64,000 nucleotides of DNA from a virus (taxonomy: Duplodnaviria > Caudoviricetes), in IMG/VR virus record IMGVR_UViG_3300020161_000515, positions 14,409-78,408 of that record. One strand, given 5' to 3'. Both the position numbers and the translations under genes were made by a program. The notes below the pieces were generated by a model. The model had not been told where the DNA came from and did not search any database. It saw only the letters and a list, made by a program, of their open reading frames with translations. Positions 11,901-19,874 of this stretch are shown here, piece by piece (within the stretch, counting starts at the first letter, position 1; the number at the start of each line of letters is the position of its first letter).

Positions 11901-13061
11901 AAGAACAATATCCACAGATGGGTTTACTGTAGAACTTTGTACTCTTACATAAACGTGCTGAGGTATCCTAGCTATAAAAGATGCCAGCGGTGTTGCTGTA
12001 AAGCCTTCAATTGTTAAAGATAAAGGAGCTTTTTGAAACAACGTTCCATTCATAATAACATCAGCCAGAACAGAATCAAGTGGTCCTGATACTGTCATAG
12101 GTGTTGTCATGGTGAATGTAGAAACAACATCAGATAAAAGCGAATCTAAATACATCGCTTTAGTCTTTATGAAAGATAACCTGATTGTTGAGTAAGGCGT
12201 TAATGTGGTAAAACTAAATGTTCCAGTGGTAGGAGCATAGAAGTTTAGCCATTGTCTATAAGTTGCGCTTCCTGTGTTAGCATCAATAATTACATCTACA
12301 GCAAATGCAGTCTTTAAAGATATGGCAGACTGAACTGATCCTGTATTGGCTGATATATCTGCATTAATCGCAATAACAGTCTGTAACGAGATGTCTGATG
12401 TGACTGATTGAGTTGTCACATCTAAAGATATAACGCCTAAAGACTGGCATGTCGCAATTATTGAAAGAGTTACATTATCAAGTGTCTTGCTTAATACACC
12501 TGTCCTAGGTGTTACATGAGTTAGGCTGAATGATCTTGATACGTTGCCAGTAGTGAAAGATAACGTTCCAACATATGGGTCATAAAAATGACATGAGAAC
12601 TCAGCAGTAGCATTATCTAATAATGATGCAAGAGCGTTTTCAGGTATACCAGTTATTATTCCAGATAAAGTTGAATCCTGTAACGTAGGATTCATTCTTA
12701 TTTCAAAGAAGTTTACATAGAATTTGTTGAATTGGAATGGAACAACTCTGCCATTAGGCTGTTCGTAACCATCATCGGTAAAGTTGAAAAGAACAGAAGT
12801 TGGAACTGTATAATATAGTCCGTCATTCGATTTTACTAAGATTGTAGGCGAAATATCTTGAGTTGCTGTAACTAAAGATAATTCTCTTTCTGATGCACTG
12901 GCTAGTAATTGAAAATAAGCACTTGACGATTCTAGAGTAGAATCTAATGTTAACTGTATTCCACCAAGCAGATCAAAATTGATCGCACTCCCACTAGGTG
13001 GATAGTAAGGACCTATAAGATTAAAGTGAATGGCATTGCCATTAGGAGGAGTATAGATCAT
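5910..13061 (-). CDS. Giant beta-repeat virion protein, putative tail fibre/appendage (2383 aa)
   Basis: N-terminal YxPPxGxxIxFxL motifs. Dozens of degenerate ~22-25-aa repeats (TLxxxxxxF / TTxxVxSxIxL). The C-terminal beta-sandwich resembles that of 16641-16994. A ~390-aa non-repeat segment interrupts the repeats. Confidence 0.65.
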   Translation of the reverse strand: MIYTPPNGNAIHFNLIGPYYPPSGSAINFDLLGGIQLTLDSTLESSSAYFQLLASASERELSLVTATQDISPTILVKSNDGLYYTVPTSVLFNFTDDGYEQPNGRVVPFQFNKFYVNFFEIRMNPTLQDSTLSGIITGIPENALASLLDNATAEFSCHFYDPYVGTLSFTTGNVSRSFSLTHVTPRTGVLSKTLDNVTLSIIATCQSLGVISLDVTTQSVTSDISLQTVIAINADISANTGSVQSAISLKTAFAVDVIIDANTGSATYRQWLNFYAPTTGTFSFTTLTPYSTIRLSFIKTKAMYLDSLLSDVVSTFTMTTPMTVSGPLDSVLADVIMNGTLFQKAPLSLTIEGFTATPLASFIARIPQHVYVRVQSSTVNPSVDIVLYNYPPTSGHFISTVSTDTKSSIVLLKQLFGKWVSSLEDSFSNIKAVTYVGTLTAVTPSAIFKAKGSTSYGQWSSYLAPVRMTTFAYQVSGKLEGLTNCSMYFHVVIPINIQVDLSATTPSPVSLIRIAHAQPLELIIDAVTAPVTIRMMKEIGSFVTMVASVSCKEVVATNLVRLSKVLTPETNLVNVSSITSGLAKDSSEILSSFGYVLNPEREDRPIFSQIFYEILCYGSLTRLNLLSLSGILGKGVAESSLNNIYPMIDRSVSNVTERDLVEVRALNDKATTLANGYNVSVGGLTIITEGSFYRIDAYREFEIIFDEIHRIETLKERQLSFYSDNSLKSLILKDLGFYTTHNLQTVQEKFLEFDTNHDILLPTEFEVNFIISYKKNCGTYLSENSTISYFGNARNSFDLSIPLVYDLNSPDFVSKLVTAEYSYIHFTSENLMEESHSLDSPKELLIPFIKSHSSICKSINSTSLPSWSLSNSAFVEQLEYISNNIYLKEDSVITELLNERVLKQDSTLFSVVYGMDVVKQVDDISEVSYSLESPSVGALYTFTENCLANIRLMVSNGVFLSVVTDNILMALGIKVNVYTLLKLIPTTPDVVMESQGFHVIRLRLDSELESVIPEIISANFYARLNGETQQALATFTGYGPIKGTLDARMNSDYYAYAKADIKGIVAQSYLVNMTPRLENVSMHMLGLGHSVAMLLVSGEADSKYNVTHSGKTDYYWYALGVAFNGMLMHPNSITFKSILDDAEAYFRALLPEPRDLILESLLERVIPGIRLVSSVHGSFNVTLKDVEFDIDIIQPLAKVSLLLNTKDVIPNILLRNPVRTDVFISIKTPGASASFLMRTVNIGKIEANTGNAKSYMVLSSNTGTMHLVLYSTARIEARIPFNTLLNLYLDDVLPSINLKTPVPEVLNFMLNTESVSGGFKMFTAIKGTMAAITQFVIPKIYCPLETGVIQAYTNTPEVLIYIAHRDEQLITLDAVTETITPTVKLFSLCRFTLSSQLKNDYFLGEGRIPVPLNMLFKFNLSNVLLDLRLHNSKSSLMVMAVTTKTCVASIGLNHPVIGRIQTKTPSIISKIEGTVPFRTLVTFLAKTNPALSVISMAVPVYGVMTPTTPNIIPVFKGLTFYAVFRPRLDNIEPKIKAMTIVNVRATIECKTKNITTEIYGKQDSFFILECITEKVTSDFALNTYIRPPDYEAGFALQIQDVLSKILANNPTQGLRLNATTFLNSSINLALTTDLILNTVTEDTTRISFEIKVIGSGLRISSVLADAVLDAAGSGSIIIFLKRTLDDAFSNFLFSSPHTRHGEMNGNTGDISLTINIMSIINHFTGTSHVQLENVKFIYIYLRVPYRIFGLLDSSTHNIGITVNGDVSRGGRLIGTTPRVESTILFSNLSGVLNPNTGSVIFEIELMNPRTQIYFRRVLEDSTSQIRLLSRIVARLVTRTADLRLFQFVIAENTYGKMVGYDHLVGDPEEEFDDPRWLGRYTTSELQGFRAIQHDMLKCTAYVEADIQLYTPLLVKGHFIVDLGSRPNKPNEPGYIGYDNPPMFVYEGTQMPFSDAAAAFKGRIPIVGILEERGGALTVDCLIAMVLEVMIGTMHLTTKETTSKIKLRAGGAEGMFNVFTNHIDFYMAMRAVMPAYFRATLQDSSSNIYATVPFHCFGYIRTSTTDIKTHIIGEVREYRWMFILATPDEPEMNFRVRTEMAIKVFNPVTADSVADFKLAIKYIVLKFENTLRHASCYIKMKYTRSSNTDVWMLVKAGDITTDLQLQTDAYSVFNAETERCYPSILLNRARPLELEFFGMMDYAQADFRLAVVARAYMDATLQNALSDINLEYIVPIGVRADLVLDSVIPVIIGYIPVKGYIDATTESISIELKLMYRTFGHWFSELDGSVFAARINVYDKPAEAISDVYYSIEGDIIPDSSSKPSDKKGYIRVYDGDTGEVIQVQHLSTVSFEVTNLIEGEYSVVFDPDSERRVKTHTTVVLGD

Positions 13062-13080
13062 TACTCTTACTGGCTAGAAG

Positions 13081-15504
13081 TTAAGTTGGTGTTAGTTTAT
13101 CATAAACCATCGCATTGTAATCATCATCTGGAACAGCTACCGCAAAATAGTCTGCTTTGTTAGTATTTAAACCTACATAATCAAAAGAAAAGTTACCATT
13201 TGAGTCAGATATAGTGCCAGCTATCTTTCTTCCGGTTCTTCTATGAAACAAAAATACTTTAACTCCAGGTATAGGCACTACTCCGGCCTTTACTGTTCCT
13301 GATAATATTCCTTCTTTGTATCCTGCAGGTACTCTTGTTTCAGTCCAAAATTCACCACCCTCCCACCAAGGTAAAGGTATTGTTTTTTCAAAAATATCTG
13401 CTCTATAAAGATTTGTAGGATTAGGAAGATAAAGAGATTGATTAACCATAGGAACAGGGTCAGTTCCAAAAACCTCTTTTACGGTGGCTGGTGGAATCCA
13501 ACTTCCTACATTCTGTTTGTAGTATCTGTTAGGTATAAAGTTGGATGTATATCTAGCAACTCCTTTAGTAACTCTTAACTCATCACAATAGATAGCGGCA
13601 GGATGGTCAAGTGTGCTAGAATTTCCAAAATAAAGATGAAGTGCCTTTATAGAGTATGTAAATGCAACACTGGAATCAAGTGTTCCATTTATGTAGAAAT
13701 ACAATACATTATTGTATCTTACTACGGCAAGATGATACCAAGTAAGACCATCTGATAAAGTTGCGTTACTTGTAAGAATAACAGTTCCATCATAAAGATA
13801 AAATTTAAAATGAGCAGGTGATGATTCGTTTGGAGCAAAGCCACAATAAAATCCACCAGCCTCACCCACCTGACCAAAATAGAAAAAACATCCTAGGTTT
13901 CCGTAATAATATTTTCCTCCAGTTGACTTAGGCCATACAAATGATTCTATGGTGAAATCTACAGTTCCAAAATTCCAATCATTGCTTTGCGCTGGTTGAA
14001 AAACAGAGTTCCAAGAAGATGTATGAAAAGACCCATAAGGACCTATTACTGCTGCGGTATAAGTGTTTCCACTACCCAGACTAAGTATTTTTCTTCTAGT
14101 AGAACTTAGATCCAAACATGTTATTCCGTCATTTTCTGGACAATACAATACTATATTATTGAAATACGGATCAGATTTATCAATAGGACCTTCAGAAGGA
14201 ATTGAATCTGTTGGAATATCAAATTCACCCCAATATCTAGCAACACCCTTAGTTATTCTAAATTCATCAATGTTACCTACGAAGCATTCTCCATAATTTG
14301 AATCTGCTCCAATATAAACAGTTGTTTGGTTAAAATTAGCATCTACAGCAGGATTGACATAAATAGATCCTCCAGAAGGAGCTCCATTTATATATATAAA
14401 GATATAGCCATCTTTTCTAGTGACTGCTACATGTGTCCATGAATTAGTTGGACATGTAGCACTGGTAGCAACCATCCCTTTCCATCCATTATAATAATAA
14501 TCCACCTCAACTATCATTGGATTAGAAGCACCGCTTCTAGCGATAGCTAGGCATCCGTTGGTGCTATGAGTTCCAAATCTAGCTATAGTGGCCCAGTCAT
14601 AGTTAAGTGCAGTAGGACGTATCCAACATTCAACAGTAAAATCTCCCGAACCTAATGCGAGGTCAGCATGAGTAACTGAAAGTCTGCCTGTTCCTGATGG
14701 AAGATTTAAGCACGAAGATCCTATTTTACTCTGAGATGTTATTATAGTTGAATTATAGACTGTTACCGTTTTAGGAGTAGATGAGCTATCTGTTACAGTG
14801 GTAGATCCATCAGTATCTTCAAAGTGAAGCAAAAGAACTGTATCAGCATCTGCAGAGTATTCAGTAGTTTGTGGAACAAATCGTGGGAGTCCTGACCAGT
14901 ATCTGCATACCATAGAATATCTAAGGCAATCCATATAACCGTTATAGTCATAACTGGATCCTCCTATCTGTGATCCGATCTGAATATATGCAGGTACATT
15001 CATTAAGGAGCAGTTAGTTGAAGAAGAAATGTCCATCAGTCCATCAATGTAAATTCTGTAATCATTATCCTTTCTACAGAAGGCTATATGATGCCAGACA
15101 TTGTCATTTATTATTTTTACTCCATAAATATTATACCAATATCCACTATACCACACAAGTCTTCCAGCACTGTTTATGTAACAATGCCATGAGGATGTTC
15201 CTTGAGTAATATCAAACAAAGACGCATTAATGTCTGTTGTTTTAATAAACATTTCTAATGTAAAATCATTCCTATACGTAGGCCAGACCGACTCATCTAA
15301 GTTAGTGACAACTCTTATGTAATCACCTGACCCATCAAAATAAGCACAAGAGTTTCCGAACTTCTTTTCTGCTGTTACTATTTTGACATTTCCCATAGCC
15401 TCAATAGTTTTAGGAGAGGGAGATTCGTCTGTAAAGACAGTAGACTGATCTGCACCTTCAAAATTAAGAAGTAACTTTACAGAACTCCAATATGTGTCAG
15501 ACAT
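13081..15504 (-). CDS. Triple LamG/concanavalin A-like domain protein, putative carbohydrate-binding tail protein (807 aa)
   Basis: Three LamG-like units start VKLLLNFEG, TVLLLHFED and IVLYCPEND. Each has a WxHxAxxR core and ends DCLRYS, IDEFRITKGVARY or CDELRVTKGVARY. C-terminal GTVKAGVVPIPGVKVFLFHRRTG...SDSNGNFSF domain. Confidence 0.85.
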   Translation of the reverse strand: MSDTYWSSVKLLLNFEGADQSTVFTDESPSPKTIEAMGNVKIVTAEKKFGNSCAYFDGSGDYIRVVTNLDESVWPTYRNDFTLEMFIKTTDINASLFDITQGTSSWHCYINSAGRLVWYSGYWYNIYGVKIINDNVWHHIAFCRKDNDYRIYIDGLMDISSSTNCSLMNVPAYIQIGSQIGGSSYDYNGYMDCLRYSMVCRYWSGLPRFVPQTTEYSADADTVLLLHFEDTDGSTTVTDSSSTPKTVTVYNSTIITSQSKIGSSCLNLPSGTGRLSVTHADLALGSGDFTVECWIRPTALNYDWATIARFGTHSTNGCLAIARSGASNPMIVEVDYYYNGWKGMVATSATCPTNSWTHVAVTRKDGYIFIYINGAPSGGSIYVNPAVDANFNQTTVYIGADSNYGECFVGNIDEFRITKGVARYWGEFDIPTDSIPSEGPIDKSDPYFNNIVLYCPENDGITCLDLSSTRRKILSLGSGNTYTAAVIGPYGSFHTSSWNSVFQPAQSNDWNFGTVDFTIESFVWPKSTGGKYYYGNLGCFFYFGQVGEAGGFYCGFAPNESSPAHFKFYLYDGTVILTSNATLSDGLTWYHLAVVRYNNVLYFYINGTLDSSVAFTYSIKALHLYFGNSSTLDHPAAIYCDELRVTKGVARYTSNFIPNRYYKQNVGSWIPPATVKEVFGTDPVPMVNQSLYLPNPTNLYRADIFEKTIPLPWWEGGEFWTETRVPAGYKEGILSGTVKAGVVPIPGVKVFLFHRRTGRKIAGTISDSNGNFSFDYVGLNTNKADYFAVAVPDDDYNAMVYDKLTPT

Positions 15505-16632
15505 CTATGTGTACCAGGAGTTTGAAATTTCTAAAAATATCTGACCGTCAGAATAAATATTCCAAGCCATAAAAGTTCTATGTGAATCTACTCCCGTTCC
15601 TTGAAAGATGTCACCATGAGCTAGAGGCTTGTAATGAAACGGATTCCACAATCCAGGAATCTTTCCTCTTATTCCCAAAGGATCTCCTATATATACTGGA
15701 GAGTAATGAAGCTTTCCATCCATTGGATGGGGAAAAGAATACCCTCCTGTTCCCAATCCAGTAACTAATCCTGGATTAGGTGAAAGCTTTGAAATGTTTC
15801 TAGAAGATCCTATTCCTCCATATCTTCTAGCTACATAGTGATAGGAGTTAGTTCCACTATAGTTGGTTAATGCTGCGAAGCTTTGTGGAGAGTTGTTGTA
15901 TTGATTACCTATTGAAATTGTAGCGTAAGGGTCTGTTGGATCAACTGGTAGAATATCTCCAAAGAAGTTTGGAGACCAATATGAGTTTGATGCGACAGAT
16001 GTGCTGTAATCTGCAAGCCATATTAAAAATTCTTCTGATGCCAAAAGCATCCAAAATCTAGGGGTAGAAGAATCAGATTTCCACCAAAACATTCCACCGG
16101 ACATCTGAGTATCTGTTGGAAAGAGTGAAACAAGTGTGTTTATATCTGCGGCAGATTCACATCCTCTGAATTTAGTAGTACCAGCAACGGAATCATCCAT
16201 GTGCATACAGAATAAATTACTTCCGGCACCTTGTTTATACACAACTTTATTAGATGCTGAAAACAGCTTAGTCCAGTTAGCTGGTGCTACTTTAGCAGAT
16301 ATTGTTCCGGTAGCGGGTGTTGCAGGAGTACCTGTAACCTGAATAGTAACAGCATTAGCAGTTGTTGGAGTGGCTTCAAACTGACCATTATATTCCACCT
16401 CATTCGCACCAGCTATTAAGATCTGAGGATGAACACAAGGGTTACCTAAAACGAATCCGTGTGCTACTGGAAAATTTATAGTAGCTGTTGAACCTGATCT
16501 TGTGATGGTTACTGTTTGTGCTCCATATCCATTAACCAAACAAGCATCAAGTAGATTTATCATTGAGCCTACTGTACTGATGCTAGTAGGTGCTCCATAA
16601 TCTGTACTTCTAAAAACGCAAACTGTTGGCAT
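15505..16632 (-). CDS. Phage virion/tail-fibre protein of the STDxGAP...LDACLVNG type (375 aa)
   Basis: N-terminal FRSTDYGAP...INLLDACLVNGYG, an E1-FCCH-like insert, and C-terminal RGKIPGLW...HGDIF; clear paralog of 16994-18061. Confidence 0.7.
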   Translation of the reverse strand: MPTVCVFRSTDYGAPTSISTVGSMINLLDACLVNGYGAQTVTITRSGSTATINFPVAHGFVLGNPCVHPQILIAGANEVEYNGQFEATPTTANAVTIQVTGTPATPATGTISAKVAPANWTKLFSASNKVVYKQGAGSNLFCMHMDDSVAGTTKFRGCESAADINTLVSLFPTDTQMSGGMFWWKSDSSTPRFWMLLASEEFLIWLADYSTSVASNSYWSPNFFGDILPVDPTDPYATISIGNQYNNSPQSFAALTNYSGTNSYHYVARRYGGIGSSRNISKLSPNPGLVTGLGTGGYSFPHPMDGKLHYSPVYIGDPLGIRGKIPGLWNPFHYKPLAHGDIFQGTGVDSHRTFMAWNIYSDGQIFLEISNSWYT

Positions 16633-16640
16633 ATTCTTTC

Positions 16641-16994
16641 CTAAACTGGTTGTAATAGATCATAAATAAGGGCGTTGTATTTTTCTGGATCAGTAAAAGG
16701 CCCTTTTAAATATGACACAGCATAATAATCTTTAGATGATCTGTCTAATGTTTTAAATGTGAAATTACCTAATGAATCTGTCAACGTACTAAACATTAAC
16801 CTTCCTGTTGGCCTGTAATACAGAAACACAATTTCGCCAGGTTGTGGAATTCCATTTAACGAAACATTGCCTGATATTGTTCCTTCTACGTCAATAGCAG
16901 ACCAAGGTGTTATAGCAAGACCGTTTATCCAACTTGGTAAAACTTTTGTCTTTGTTACTGGATATGCTATTGCCAATACGTTAAGGTGAGCCAT
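16641..16994 (-). CDS. Small beta-sandwich partner protein, carboxypeptidase-regulatory/transthyretin-like (117 aa)
   Basis: GTISGNVSLNGIPQPGEIVFLYYRPTG...TDSLGNFTF...YYAV...YNALIYDLLQP is nearly colinear with the C-terminal domain of 13081-15504. Confidence 0.65.
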   Translation of the reverse strand: MAHLNVLAIAYPVTKTKVLPSWINGLAITPWSAIDVEGTISGNVSLNGIPQPGEIVFLYYRPTGRLMFSTLTDSLGNFTFKTLDRSSKDYYAVSYLKGPFTDPEKYNALIYDLLQPV

Positions 16995-18061
16995 TATGAT
17001 ACATCCGAGACTTCAAATGCCAGACTACCCGCCCCAGTCTGAACATACAAAAAGATTTTACCAGCCAACTCACCTGATCCATAAAAAGTGTCATAGTTGG
17101 TCATAGGAAGATTGTGAAGAATAGCCCAGCATCCTGGGATAACACCTCGTCTTGCTCCTACCTGCTCTGAAATATAAATAGGAGCAAGTAATACACCACC
17201 AGTAACAGGCTCTGGAAATGGGTACCCTGAGTTATATCCAGAATATGATGAGCAAATTCTATCAGAAGTCATAGCCATTAAAATACTTCCGCCTACCTGA
17301 GTATAACTTCTAGCCATGTATCGGTATGAGTAAGATGCGTCAGGTCGTTCTAAATAGCTAGTAGAACCACCTTCTATTAAAATTGTGTGGTAGGCATCAC
17401 CAATCTTAAATGACTTAATATCTCCAAAGCACATTCCACAACTCCAAGGATTGTGTATTATGAAATGAAAGATATTATTAACGGCTATCAATGTCCATGG
17501 GTAGTTTCCTCTCCATAAATTGCCACCGTCACCACCTAATTGAGCTGTTGATGGAAAAAGACCTGTTCCTGTGTCAATATCCGTCATAGTCTCATAACCT
17601 CTGAAGTATGTTCCAGAGGTGCTTCCTGTGTCTATCATTCTCAAATAAAATCCATTAGAACCTGCAGGCTGTTTAAATGCCGCACTGTTTGTTCCTACAA
17701 ATTCCTTAGTCCAACCTGCTGGAGATCTTTTTACTGAAAGAGTTCCTGATGCTGGTGAATTTGGTGTTCCTGAAATTGTGTATGTAAAAGAATTAGGACT
17801 TGTAATGGTACAAGTGAAAGCTCCATTATATGCAGGATCAAGTGACCCTGAGATAGTGAGATGGGCTGGCATGATTGTAGAATAGCCATGATCTGCTGAT
17901 GTTATAGCAGTAACTAGATTTCCAACTCTAGTTAAAGATAATAAATTTAATGACCCATATCCAGTAACTAAACAGGCTTCTAAAATTGCAACAGATTGAC
18001 CAGCATTGGCAACACTTGAAGGTGCTCCGTAGTCGGTACTCTTATATACGAATGTTGCCAT
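16994..18061 (-). CDS. Phage virion/tail-fibre protein, paralog of 15505-16632 (355 aa)
   Basis: YKSTDYGAP...ILEACLVTGYG; FRGYETMTDIDTGTGLFP; RGVIPGCW; coupled to the next gene by a TAATG overlap. Confidence 0.7.
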   Translation of the reverse strand: MATFVYKSTDYGAPSSVANAGQSVAILEACLVTGYGSLNLLSLTRVGNLVTAITSADHGYSTIMPAHLTISGSLDPAYNGAFTCTITSPNSFTYTISGTPNSPASGTLSVKRSPAGWTKEFVGTNSAAFKQPAGSNGFYLRMIDTGSTSGTYFRGYETMTDIDTGTGLFPSTAQLGGDGGNLWRGNYPWTLIAVNNIFHFIIHNPWSCGMCFGDIKSFKIGDAYHTILIEGGSTSYLERPDASYSYRYMARSYTQVGGSILMAMTSDRICSSYSGYNSGYPFPEPVTGGVLLAPIYISEQVGARRGVIPGCWAILHNLPMTNYDTFYGSGELAGKIFLYVQTGAGSLAFEVSDVS

Positions 18062-18075
18062 GTTTTCCTCAAAAT

Positions 18076-18170
18076 AGCGGCTGTTTAAGCCGTGATTTGT
18101 TGCGGTGCTACGTTGGTATTACTTAACAGCCAATCACGCTTAAACAGCCAGATTCTTGCCAAATATAGCC
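18076..18170 (+). repeat. Dispersed structured intergenic element, copy 2
   Basis: Core gctacgttggtattacttaac (18107-18127) is enclosed by an ~18-bp inverted repeat (18079-18097 / 18132-18149). ccagattcttgccaaata at 18148-18165 is identical to copy 1. Confidence 0.85.
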
Positions 18171-18174
18171 AGGT

Positions 18175-18408
18175 TTAAATGTAGTATCGCTTCAAACTCG
18201 TCTCCGGTTGAAGTCGTCCTACAATAACACCATTCTCGATATGAACTTGATCGCCTTCTCCTAGTGTTGAAAGCAATGTACTCTTACAATCAAGCTGACC
18301 TTTAATGGTGCTAACTTTAACTCTGTCGCCTTGAATATTTACAACTTTCCCAGTAGAGTAAGATCTAACTGGATTAAGAACGCCTCGTAATTCGTCAATT
18401 ATGCTCAT
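18175..18408 (-). CDS. Small OB-fold-like tail-tip protein (77 aa)
   Basis: TGKVVNIQGDRVKVST...GEGDQVHIENGVIVG resembles short spike or tip OB-fold proteins; last gene of the tail-tip cluster. Confidence 0.5.
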   Translation of the reverse strand: MSIIDELRGVLNPVRSYSTGKVVNIQGDRVKVSTIKGQLDCKSTLLSTLGEGDQVHIENGVIVGRLQPETSLKRYYI

Positions 18409-18417
18409 AAAAAACCT

Positions 18418-18768
18418 TTACATCTCATCAGTAGCAACAAAATACTTGGAAGGTTTTTTAACTTTGAGATTCGTCAATGCTAATAGTGATGAAGAGCCTA
18501 TCTGGACTTTATGACTTATGCCAGTTATTTTCCCCCGCCAAGTGGTATTTAGAATTGAATCTTCCACCTCTATAATCTGACCTAATCGAATATTCTTGGT
18601 AAATGGGATGTCAAACGAAACGACTTGATGACCCACCCCAGATTCATCAAGCACTGATCTACCTCGACATAAAGCACATTCTTCGCCTTGAATGAGAACA
18701 TCATACACATCCTCATGTTTATAAGGATGTGCTCCAGTTCTTTGTACTATTACATCAGTTAAGATCAT
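18418..18768 (-). CDS. Tail-tip/hub-like protein (116 aa)
   Basis: RGRSVLDE...IRLGQIIEVED...GKITGISHKV resembles the C-terminal part of phage hub/Tal proteins; synteny. Confidence 0.5.
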   Translation of the reverse strand: MILTDVIVQRTGAHPYKHEDVYDVLIQGEECALCRGRSVLDESGVGHQVVSFDIPFTKNIRLGQIIEVEDSILNTTWRGKITGISHKVQIGSSSLLALTNLKVKKPSKYFVATDEM

Positions 18769-19334
18769 TAAACAGGCTCGTCAAACATTGCAGCAACAAA
18801 GACAACAATATCATATTTATCCAAACCAAGTGGAGAATGTGACAAGGTATATACTTGTGCAGATGCTGTATATGACACTTCTAGCAATCCTATAGCCCCG
18901 TACTTATCAAATGCAGCACCACCACCTGAGAATGTGATAGTTGACTGTCCACCTGATGGTGCAGTAATAGCCGCACGAATTCCACCGCTGCCTAACCAAT
19001 TTGCAGAAAATCCGCTTGAACATGGATAGTTAAGTGATGTTTCTTTTACTCCACCAACAGTGATTGTGTCATTAATCTCAACAGAAGCAGTACCACCACC
19101 TGTATTTGATCCGTGACTAGCAAAGATGTCTGTGATAGATACGTTATTAGATTTGAATAATAACCACTGTACGGAATCACCTGGTCTAAATGACGTTGAG
19201 GAATTAAGACCTCCATCAGCAGGATCTCTTGAGTCTACTTCAGCCTTAAGTTCACCTTTAGCAGAGCCACTTGTTGAGAACGAAAAGTTTACGTTAAAGC
19301 TGGATGTAACCTGGGTTTTTTTAAATTTAGCCAT
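18768..19334 (-). CDS. Tail-tip structural protein (188 aa)
   Basis: Starts KKTQVTSSFNVNF, as does 19347-19874; DTITVGGVKETSLNYP module; TAATG coupling. Confidence 0.55.
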   Translation of the reverse strand: MAKFKKTQVTSSFNVNFSFSTSGSAKGELKAEVDSRDPADGGLNSSTSFRPGDSVQWLLFKSNNVSITDIFASHGSNTGGGTASVEINDTITVGGVKETSLNYPCSSGFSANWLGSGGIRAAITAPSGGQSTITFSGGGAAFDKYGAIGLLEVSYTASAQVYTLSHSPLGLDKYDIVVFVAAMFDEPV

Positions 19335-19346
19335 TGTGAATACCTT

Positions 19347-19874
19347 TTATTTTCTAGTACCTATCGCCATAATATCTATGGAGTAATTATCTTTGTAGGC
19401 GGAAGGAACCGGATGAGTTAATTCGTAGTAATCGCCTATTGCAGTATATTTTATAACAACAGAAGCAAGAACGTATGCAACCGCATCACTTGATTTTTTA
19501 GGAATAAGTAGTCCTTCTTTAAGCTCCACTCCTGCGTAGTTGTATCCTCTTCCTACTGCCTCTATGCTATTTAGAGTCACTATCTCATATTGCGTGTTTA
19601 CTGGATTTATTCCTGTTATAGAAACAAACTCAGTTCGTTCTAAATTCTTCTTTCCAAGATATGTTATGTTTCCAAGAGTACAAATTAATTGAACATCCTC
19701 AATTCTAGTCTTGTCGAAGAAAACATAAAACCTCTTTGGTGATCCAGGTATTGATGAATCAAAATTTGAATCAGTTTCTAACTTAATGTCACCACTTGTC
19801 TTTCCAGATGTGGTTGCAGTTCCTCTGTCAAAACCTACTGTAAAATTAGATGTTACTTGAGTCTTTTTAGACAT
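19347..19874 (-). CDS. Tail-tip structural protein (175 aa)
   Basis: Starts KKTQVTSNFTVGF; the paralogous N-terminus and YxLxH C-terminal motif are shared with 18768-19334. Confidence 0.55.
   Translation of the reverse strand: MSKKTQVTSNFTVGFDRGTATTSGKTSGDIKLETDSNFDSSIPGSPKRFYVFFDKTRIEDVQLICTLGNITYLGKKNLERTEFVSITGINPVNTQYEIVTLNSIEAVGRGYNYAGVELKEGLLIPKKSSDAVAYVLASVVIKYTAIGDYYELTHPVPSAYKDNYSIDIMAIGTRK

Noticed and set aside
3821-16643. Genome-wide TAG recoding (genetic code 15)
   Set aside because: Very long genes (2383 and ~4036 aa) are intact under code 11, and the TAG at 16641 is not followed by a continuing frame; only local read-through remains possible.
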